Assembly: GCF_000142905.1 (NCBI RefSeq) | Contig: NW_013657623.1 | Coordinates: 145,857 to 182,245 of the forward strand | Source: Thecamonas trahens ATCC 50062 | Lineage: Eukaryota; Protista; Apusomonadida | Length of the DNA: 36,389 nt | Direction of reading: 5' to 3' | Shown here: in pieces, positions 27,686 through 36,389 of the stretch | Position numbering within the stretch: position 1 is the first letter of the stretch | Layout of the letters: the number at the start of each line of letters is the position of its first letter | Made by a program: the position numbers and the translations under genes | The notes under the pieces: model-generated | What the model was told of the DNA's origin: nothing | The model's database searches: none | The model's input: the letters and a program-made list of their open reading frames with translations, nothing else

Positions 27686-30471
27686 TCACTTGCGTGGCTC
27701 GAGTTTGAGCGAGAGCGCGTAGGCCTCGGCCTCCTCCATGCCTTGGAGGCAGTTCTCGATAAAGTACGAGACGTAGTAGTCCTTGGGGATGTCGTAGACA
27801 GCCTCCTGGTACGTCCGCATCTGCTTGAGAACCCGCGCGCAGTGGAGCCACTTGGAGTAGTTGATGACTTCGTCGCGGATTTTGGAGCGGTTGCCGTCGA
27901 TGATAAAGGTAAGGTCGGTGAGGAACATGCCAAGATACGGAAGGCACGGGAGCGAGGTGGAAAGGAGCTTGTCGCGGAGGAACTTGAAGTTCTTGTCGCG
28001 CGAGACGAGTACCCGGAGGTACGAGAGAACCTGCTGCTTGTCGTCGGGCACCTTGGCCCAAGTCTTCTTGAGTCGGTGGATTTCCGATGCGCCGAGGCCA
28101 GACACAATCTCCAGTACGCCGTTGAAGTTCTTGAGCATCATAAACTGCTCGGCGAGGTTAATAAACCTGACCACGGCCTCGACCCTCTTCTTGAGCTTGG
28201 ACTGGCGCAGGATTTCGTACACGACCCAGCGCGACATGAGGTTGAACATGTCGATGAGGCGAGTGACGTGGACCGCCACGCCCTTGGTATCGCTCTTGCC
28301 CCACTTGCCCGAGAGCACCTCGCGCGGCTCAATGGTGGCAAAGATCTCGTACTCTAGCAGCGTCGCCTGCTGGGCAAAGACGCTCACGTCGAGCGAGGGC
28401 CATTCGATCTGGTTCGTCTCGCCTGGCGGGAGCTGCCACGCTGGTGCAAAGATGTCAATGCCGCGCATTCGCGAGTTCTGCACATCGGCGAGCGTCCGTG
28501 AGAACGACTGCTTGCCCTCGTTGGTCACCGTCGTCGAGCCGAGCAGCGCCGTGACGTGGAACCTGATGAGCAGGTCCATGAGGCCCTCTTGCTTCTTAAA
28601 GTCCGGAAAGTGTTCGGCGACCCAAGCCGTGAGCACGTAGAGCGCGTTCTCGGCGTACTGCGCCGGCGGGCCGTCGGGGTGCACAGGCTCCGGCCGGTGG
28701 TCCGGCACAGCAAACGGCGCGATCTGGTACATCAGCGCCCGCAGCAACTCAGTCGACGATATGAACGACGAGTGGACATACAAAAAGTCCGACACAAACT
28801 CGGCGTCTTCCGTCTCGAGTACTTGCGCCACCAGACCCGGCAGCTCGCCGCCAATGACCCGGTCGCCCTGCACGTAAACGTGGACCTCGGGTTCCTGCGG
28901 CGCTTCAAGGTCAAACACGTACGAGCCGGCAAACAGCGTCCGCATGTACACATCCGGCTGGTCGAGAATGCACGACGGCTCCTCAGGCTCGGGCTCGACC
29001 GACGGCGCCGCCGCTGCCGCCGCACTGTTAGTCGCCGCCGACTCGGAGAGCGCAGAGCCCGACTCCCACGACGCATGGTCTGGGAGGCCCGAGAGTGCTG
29101 ACGACGTCGGCGGCGTCGACGACGCCGCCGTCGAGAGAGCAGCCATGAGGTCTTCCGACGAGTCGACCGAGTCGATGCGGTCACGCCCAGGTGTGACCAC
29201 CGTCGAGCTCCGCTCGCGCCCACCACCGTTGATCGGCAGCGACGACGACGACGCCGACGCAAGGTGCATCAGCTTCGGGTTGGCGGTGAGGACGCCCGAC
29301 GGCGCCAGTCCGTCGCCGAGCTCCGGCACTGCCACTGGAAGGCCTGTCGCTGAGTTGGGCATCGACGCGTTGAGTGCATCGCTGCCGCTGCCACCCGCGC
29401 CCGAGTTGGTGTCGTCGAGGGTGATGGTCGCGCGGCGAGCCGGCCCAGCGCCACCGTTCCGCGGCATGCTCAGGTTACCAGAGCCAGACGCCAGCTTCTG
29501 CTCGAGCATCTTCGAGTCCGAGACAAGCATCGAGGTGGTGAGGTACTGCTCGGCGCGAGCCTTTTCTGCTTGAGCTTGGCCGGGAGTGCCTTGAGGCACT
29601 CGGGGCGGTCGGCGTGGACATCGTGACCCTTGACGTTGCACGAGCGCTCCGAGCCGAACGGCTCGTCACAGACCCAGCATGCGTCGACGGTGGCCGAGTC
29701 GTCGCCGTCGTCGGTGTCGTCGTCGCCGGCGATCGGAGAGCGCGGCGACGATGGCGCTGCAGCAGGGCCGTCGCTCGCCACGTCCATTGTCGCCATGAGC
29801 GCAGTGTATGTCGCCGGCACGTAGCCCATTGCGTCCCCCATCTTGCCCAGCCACCAGTTGGCCGACGTCTTTTCAAGGATCTTGATAATGTCGCCGGCTG
29901 CAAAGGTCAGTTCGTGCTTGCCTGGCCGGCCGGTGTACGGCGCAATGGCCTGCACCACCATGATCGCCTTGGGCTCGGCCGCCTTGGCCGCTGCCTTGGC
30001 CGCTGCTTCGGCCTCGGCTGCGGCCTTGGCCGCCTCGGCTGCCGCGGCCTCAGCCTCGGCCGCCTCCTTCGCGGCCTTGGCCGCCGCCCCATACATGTAG
30101 TTACCGTGCTCGTCAAGCGCCGCAAACGCCCGGAGCTCTGGGTACCAGTGCGCGTTCGAGCCGCCGATGACTCGGAAGAGCTTGACAAAGAACTCGTCAA
30201 TCTCGCGTGCCCGCGAGCCCTTGGCCGAGTCCGTCTTCAGCACCTTTTTCGACGCAGGCTTCAGCTTGGGCACCTCGAGCTTGTTCGCCTTGAGCGACTT
30301 CTTGAGCTCACTCGTCAGCTCATCAACCTCCTTCTCCGACTTGAACAGCGTCCACGTGTCATCGTCCTTCTGCATCCCCATCCGATACTGGATGTCCTTG
30401 GTTGTCCGCGTATGCTGGTCCGCCGTCACATCCTTGACCTCCACCCGAAAGGTGGTCTGGTACGATGCCAT
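27686..30471 (-). CDS. Ras guanine-nucleotide exchange factor with PX-like, SH3, Cys/His Zn-finger-like, REM and CDC25 domains (~928 aa), single-base frameshift at ~29562-29565
   Basis: ORF 29470..30510 gives a PX-like N-terminus and SH3 (AIAPY..ELTFAAGDIIKIL..NWWLG..GYVPATY). ORF 27686..29641 gives REM (FVSDFLYVHSSF, VLTAWVAEHFPDF) and CDC25 (FAQQATLLE, LKNFNGVLEIVSGL, IHRLKKTW, PCLPYLGMFLTDLTFIIDGN, INYSKW). The two frames overlap and join at KLKQK/ARAEQYL. Confidence 0.85.
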
Positions 30472-31722
30472 GAGCCGACTCCTTGCACCAACCGCACAAG
30501 CCGCCTTCACACGCCTGCCTCCCCGTCAGCACACCCACCAGCACGTGAGTTGTCACCGCGCCCCTTCCTTGCTTGCTGGCCACCCCCTTGCTCGCCGCAA
30601 CAGCCACGGCCACAGTCACGGCCACGGCCGCAACATGACAGCAACACGCGCCAAGCACCGTGTAACAAAGGCCATACTGGTGCAGAGCACAAGCAGGCTA
30701 TAGCGACCGCCAAGACATGGTGCCTTGGCGATGGGCAACAGCTGCGTCACCAAACCAAACTCCTTCGAACCCCCCTCCCTCCCTCCCTCCCCACGCCGTA
30801 GAGTCCCCCTCCCCCCTCCCCCCGCCCCTACCACCACTACCATCCCCCCCCTTCCCCCCCCTCTCCCCCCCTCTCCCCCCTCCCCCCCCCCCCCCCCTCC
30901 ACACACACCTCCAACCCCACCAGCGCAGCAACCAGAGCCACTGTCCCTTCCCACCGACTAGGGAGTATGTCGTGCTGGCTTTGGTCGGCGCGTGCGCATT
31001 TTTTGTTGCCGCCGGCAACATCACCACCGCAGGCCGGCACGAGAGAAGGGTGGGTGGGTGGGGTACACCGAGTGGGGTAGGTGTGGGGGTTGGGTGGGGG
31101 GTGGGGTATAGGTCGACGGTGTGGGTGGTGTGGAGGGAGGGACGGTTGTGGCTCCCAGGTCACGTACTCGTGTAAGGGTAGGGTGGTGGTCAAGTGTGGG
31201 CAACAACTCCTCGAATGGGGGGGAGGGCTGAGCCCCGACTCGGCAGTAGCAGAGAGTGGCGGCTTGTGTCGACGGGTGACGACATGGCGACGTGGGGAAT
31301 CAGAGGGGGGGGAGGGGGATCTGGTGGTTGCCGTGGTAGCTGTAGATCCGGGAGAAGGTGTATGGGGATGAGGAGAAGGGATGGGGGTTAGAGGCATTGG
31401 CAGTATCGTAGGTCCTGGCTACGTGCCGACTGTCGCCTCTGCCGCGTCGGGACGCAGCTGATGACCACCATCCACAAGCCGCAACAGGTTGGATATGGCT
31501 GGTATCAGCAGATCATGACGTTGGCCATCCGGATTCCGAGTTGTCATGCCTTCTTGCATGACCTTGGACGTAGCCTGGGCATGGGATGGAGCCCTGCTGG
31601 CGGTCACAGCTGGTATTCGGGTGGAGAGCGAGCGAGTGTCGGCATGTGCTTTGGACGAGGCAGAGAGAGGGCGAAGACGACCAGACTTGTCCGTGCCACA
31701 TTGCTCTCTCCTTAAGCACAGC

Positions 31723-34435
31723 ATGGATCCTGACGCCGAGGAGCAGCGCAAGCTGTTGAGTACGTGACATGCAAGAGGAGGGAGAGAGGGAAGGAGGGGA
31801 GGAGGGGGAGGGGAGGAGAGGGAGGGGGGGCCAGAGCCATGTCACGCGCATTTTTTTGGAGCCGTCCGTCCCTGACTTGCAGGGGGGCATACACAAGGAT
31901 TGTGGCGTGCAGAGTGCGGGAAAGTGGCCTACGGGAGAGGGGAGAGAAAGACAAGGCTTTGCACAGAGTTTGGGAGAGAATGGAAGCCAGGAGGAGGCAG
32001 GAGGTGGGTGAGTGTGTGGGGCCAAGAGCACGGCTGACTGACGGGTGTGGGCGTTGGCGGGCGGGCGATGTGGTGGATGCAGACGATGCATCGCGTGTTG
32101 TGGAGGCGCAGGCATACCAGATGAAGCTGGCGCTGGACAACAACAAGCTGATGGACGCACTGAAGCACTGCTCGGACATGCTGTGCGAGCTGCGGACGTC
32201 GCTCCTTTCGCCGACCTCGTACTACTCGCTGTTTATCCAGGTCATGGACGAGATGCGGCACATGGAGTCGCACCTGCTGGACATGCACCGGCAGGAGGAG
32301 AAGGTGTCTGACCTGTACGAGCTTGTGCAGTACACGGGCAACATTGTGCCGCGGCTGTACCTGCTCATCACGGTGGGTGCTGTGTTTATCAAGACGTTTG
32401 AGGCGCCTGCGGCGGACATTCTCCGCGACCTGGTGGAGATGTGCAAGGGTGTGCAGCACCCGACGCGCGGGCTCTTTCTGCGGCACTACCTCTCGTCGCT
32501 GACCAAGGACAAACTTCCGGACGTGGGCAATGAGTACGAGGGAACGGTCGAGTCGTCAATTAACTTTACCATCCAGAACTTTACCGAGATGAACAAGCTC
32601 TGGGTGCGGCTCGGGTACCAGGGCGCGCTGGGCTCGCGTGAGATGCGCAACAAGTACCGCGCGCAGCTGCGGCAGCTCATCTACTCGAACATGGAGCGGT
32701 TGGGCAACCTGGAGGGCGTGACACAGGACGTGTACATTGAGAACGTGCTGCCGCGGGTGCTGGAGCAGGTTGTCTCGTGCCGCGACAAGCTCGCGCAGGA
32801 GTCTCTCACCGAGGCGGTCATCCAGTCGTTCCCGGGCTCGTACCATATTGCGACGCTCTCGCGGTTCCTGGAGGCGATTGGCGAGCTTGTGCCCGAGGTG
32901 GACGTCAAGTCGCTTATTGTCTCGCTCATCGACCGGCTCGCGGGCTTTGCAGCGTCGGACGAGGGCTCGCTGCCCAAGGACCTGGACGTGTTTGGCATTT
33001 TCTCGTCGGAGATTGCGTCGATCATGGAGTCGCGTGAGGGCATGCCACTTGAGGACGTGCTCTCGCTGCAGGTCTCGCTCCTCAACCTCACGCTGCAGTG
33101 CTACCCGGAGCGGACGGAGAATGTCGACGCGGTGCTCGGCTACTGCGGGCAGGTGCTGGCTGCGTCGGGAGTGGATCGGTCGAGCGTGACGCCGGCCATC
33201 ACGAAGGAGGTGGCGAAGCTCCTACACATTCCAGTCGATACGTACGGCGACATGCGGACAGTGCTGGACCTTGCCAACTACAAGGACCTCATCCAGTATC
33301 TTGGACACGCAGAGCGGTCGGTGACTGCGCAGTACATTGCGAGTGCGGTGCTGAAGGGCCACACGCCGCTGGCGACGGTGGAGCATGCGCAGGACTTGCT
33401 GCACATGATTGCGTGCCTGCTGACGGACGAGGACGACGCGCCGGACGCGAGCGAGGTCGACGCCGAGGACTTTGCCGAGGAGCAGACGCTTGTGGCGCGG
33501 CTCATCCACCTCATCACCTCGCCGGTGGCAGACGTCCAGTTCCAGCTGTACGTGGTCTCGCGACAGGCGTTTGGCAAGGGCGGCCCGTCGCGGATCAAGT
33601 ACACGCTCCCGCCGCTCGCCTTTGGGGCGCTCCGGCTGACGCAGCGGTACAAGGCCGCGGGGCTCGCAGGCGACGACGAGATGTGGGAGAAGAAAGTGCT
33701 CAAGGTCTTCAAGTTTGTGCACCAGACTATCACGGCTCTCGCGTCGGAGGAGCCGGAGCTCGGGCTTCGGCTGTTTCTGGCTGCTGCGGCGACGGCGGAC
33801 ACATGCGGGCTCGAGGCCATTGCGTACGAGTTTGTTTCGCGGGCATTCACCATTTACGAGGAGGATATCAACGACAACAAGGCGCAGCAGGCGGCAATGG
33901 CGCTCATTGTGGGTGGGCTCCAGGCCATGGGCCGCCGCTCGCTCGACGAGGACTCGTACGAGACTGCCGCGGCCAAGGCGACGGCGCACTCGTCGCGGCT
34001 GATGCTGGTGAGCGATCAGGCACATGGCGTCTGCCGCGCCTCGCACCTGTTCTGGACCAACGGCCCCGACGAGGACTCGGCCGTCGCCACTCTGGAGCTT
34101 ACGCCGGTCCGCGACGGCGAGCGCGTTCTGCAGTGCCTCAAGAAGTCGCTCAAGATCGCCGCCAAGTGCATGGACGCAGTTGAGCAAGTTGGGCTCTACG
34201 TCGACATTCTCGAGGAGTGCCTGCTGTATGTCGACTCTGGCAACGAGGCCGTGACCGCCAAGTACGTCAACGGCCTTGTGCAACTCATTCGCTCCAACCT
34301 CGGCAACCTCGAGTCGCCGACCCTGCCGTTGTGCCGATCCGGACCCAGTTTGCCAATGTTGTTGCCCACGTCGAGCGCAAGGTTGCTGCCGCAGCCGACG
34401 ATGACGACGGCGTGTGGGCGGCGATCGAGCTGTAG
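31723..34435 (+). CDS. VPS35: Retromer subunit VPS35, join(31723..31759,32083..34435) with a single-base frameshift at ~34314-34320, ~796 aa
   Basis: Spliced N-terminus [41 protein letters not shown]. Motifs ELRTSLLSP, LYELVQYTGNIVPRLYLLITVG, CKGVQHPTRGLFLRHYL, NFTEMNKLWVR, ASHLFW, RDGERVLQCLKKSLKIA. The typical C-terminus (IRTQFANVVAHVE...WAAIEL*) lies in the shifted frame ending at 34435. Confidence 0.93.
31760..32082 (+). other. Spliceosomal intron of VPS35 (323 nt, phase 1)
   Basis: GTACGT donor, G/A-rich tract, GCTGAC at 32033-32038, first downstream AG at 32081-32082. Splicing restores the VPS35-like N-terminus. Confidence 0.88.
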
Positions 34436-34473
34436 TCAGTCAAGAGCGATAAAGCTCGGAGGCAGGCAAGTGT

Positions 34474-36323
34474 TTACCCCTGCTGGCCGAGGAAGGTGAG
34501 CTGGTCGCAAAAGGCCTCGGCGCCAATGAGCTGTGTGGTGCCGTAGGTGACCGTGAGCGAACGGCCGGGCGAGGACGAGACCTTCTTGGCGTACTCGGAG
34601 AGGTTCTGGTACTCGATGTAGTTGCCGCCGCCGACGACAAAGACAATGGCATGCGAGAAAGAGGTGGGTGCAGAGCCGGCGGCGGCGGCACGAGCCGACG
34701 ACTTAGGGTCGAGCAGCAGGTAGTTTGCGGCGTCCTTGGCGGCGGCGGATGAGCCCGCCTTGGGGCCATCCAGGAGAGCGGCGACGAGGCGGGTGAGCGG
34801 GAGGTGGTTATCGGACGGGAGCCAGTTCTCCACGCCTGTCATCTTGAGCAGGGTCTTGCCAGACTTGAGCAGCTGGCCCCACGAGAGCTTGGTGGACGAG
34901 GCCGAGGCCGAGGCCGAGGCGCGGGCGGCAGGCGACATGCGCATGAACGACTTCATCTGCTTGAGGTGCTTAAGGGCGGCAATGTCGACGCCGAGGCCGG
35001 TGAGTGCGTCCGAGAGCCGGGTCTCGTCCTCGATCTTGACCTTGGGCGTGGCCCAGAACCAAATGAGGAAGAGGCGGAGCTTGTCGGCGAGGGTGCCCTT
35101 GGTCAGCAGGATCTCCTCGAGCGAGGCAATGTCGGTCTTCTCGCCCTGCAGGATGGACTCCTCGGCAAAGAAAAAGGTATCAAGGGCACGGTCCTCGATC
35201 TCGGAGAGAAGGGCGGTGGCAAGCGAGGTGTGAACGTCGATGAGCTGCTTGGTCCGCGAATGGTCGTTGAGGTTTGCGGCGAGGTCGCGGGTCTCCCCGA
35301 CGAGCGCAGTTCCGTCGGACGGCCCAGCGTCGCCGGCGGCCTGGGCCTTGAGGCTCTTGACCCGGTCCATGACTGCAGCGTACTTGGCGACCATGTCTTC
35401 AACAAGGTCGCCGATTTGCGGGAACGGGGTGGCGGCGTGCTCGCCCCAGAACTCGTCGGCCGCCGGGTCGAGCTCGTACGAGGTCGGTCCGCTTCCGCCG
35501 GGCGGCGTGAGCCGGACCCGGTTGAGCGAGTACTCGAGCGTGTCATCGACAAGCGTCTGATACGTCCACGAGTGCTGGAGCATGACTGCCATGTCGACGG
35601 TCCGGTCGGTGAGGACCAGGAGCGGGCGCTCAAACGAGCCGAGAATGGCCGACTCGGTTACGGTCACCTGCTCAAAGAGGGCAAGACCGGCCATGCGCGC
35701 GTCGCGGATGCGGGCGTCCAGCCGCTGGGCCACCATCGCCGCCGGGCCGTTGGCTGGCGCGCGGATAATGGGAATGGCCGAGAGGGTGGCGCAGACGGCA
35801 AAGAGGCCGTCGACAACCGAGTCGACGTACGCCTCGATCTCCGAGTCGGCGACGCCAGCAGCGTTGAGCCTGCGGTACGAGTCCGAGTGGTAGAGCGTAA
35901 AGAGTGAGTCCTCCAGCGCCACAAAGGCACAGTACTGGTCGTAGACAGCCTCGATGAGTGGAACGCAACCGGCAGCCACGGCGTCTGCAGCCAGCGAGTC
36001 GAGCGCTGCAGGGGCAATGGGCGTGACAAAGTGCAGCTGGAGGGCATCGTACAAGCCGGCCCGACCATCGGCCACGATGCGCTTGAGGTTGTCGTGAGTC
36101 GGCTTGACAAAGTAGACAGCAACGACGTCCGGAATCGCCTCTCTCTGTCCATGCAGATCCAGGTAGAGCGTGACGCCCTTGTCGCGGAGGTGGCCGACCT
36201 TGACCAACGGTGCGAGGACATCCTTACAGAACGAGTCGTAGATGAGGACCTTCCACTGCAGCGGGGCCGACGACTGAATCTTGTCCGACGTGCTCCCAGA
36301 GTCGAGCATGTCGAGGATGGTTT
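34474..36323 (-). CDS. SLY1: Sec1/Munc18-family protein Sly1 (SCFD1), 5'-partial; first exon probably beyond the window end
   Basis: WKVLIYD, LRDKGVTLYL, REAIPDVVAVYFVKPT, IPIIRAP.NGPAAMVA, RPLLVLTDRTVD, HSWTYQTLVDD, AIVFVVGGGNYIEYQNL, YGTT. A CAG acceptor at 36326-36324 after a C-rich tract extends the frame to xTILDML. Confidence 0.9.
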
Positions 36324-36389
36324 CTGTGTGTGGGGGGGGTGGGGGGGGGGGGGGGAGGGATGGTGGTTAAGGCGTAGGAGGGTGGGTGG

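Noticed and set aside
31764-32082. N-terminal ~106 aa of the 911-aa VPS35 ORF
   Set aside because: This is translated intron; the true first exon at 31723-31759 restores homology.
23065-34435. ACE, presenilin and VPS35 are all linked to human neurodegeneration/amyloid biology
   Set aside because: A human-disease association has no explanatory value in a protist, and no APP- or Notch-like gene is visible in the window. Only the head-to-head arrangement was kept as a finding.

Overview
GC-rich, gene-dense, intron-poor eukaryotic nuclear DNA from a draft assembly with two 100-N gaps. It comes from a flagellated protist; the style suggests an apusomonad such as Thecamonas, which is inference only. 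Gene order: (+) intronless axonemal inner-arm dynein heavy chain of the DNAH10/I1-alpha type; (-) small secreted/membrane hypothetical protein; (-) two tandem paralogous ~900-aa, 3-TM Cys-rich surface proteins with divergent N-terminal ectodomains but a ~98% identical C-terminal module; (-) a CAP-Gly exon running into a gap; (-) single-domain, membrane-anchored ACE-like M2 peptidase; a TGATCA-core minisatellite; (+) presenilin; (-) PX-SH3-Zn-finger-RasGEF; (+) VPS35; (-) Sly1/SCFD1, 5'-partial. Three genes (dynein, RasGEF, VPS35) are each broken by one missing base. The introns that can be read share a GTACGT donor, G-rich 5' tract and GCTGAC branch site. The best candidate for an undescribed system is the tandem pair, which looks like variable sensor ectodomains fused to a homogenised ENaC/ERGIC-like two-TM module. 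No RNA genes, mobile elements or CRISPR arrays are supported.
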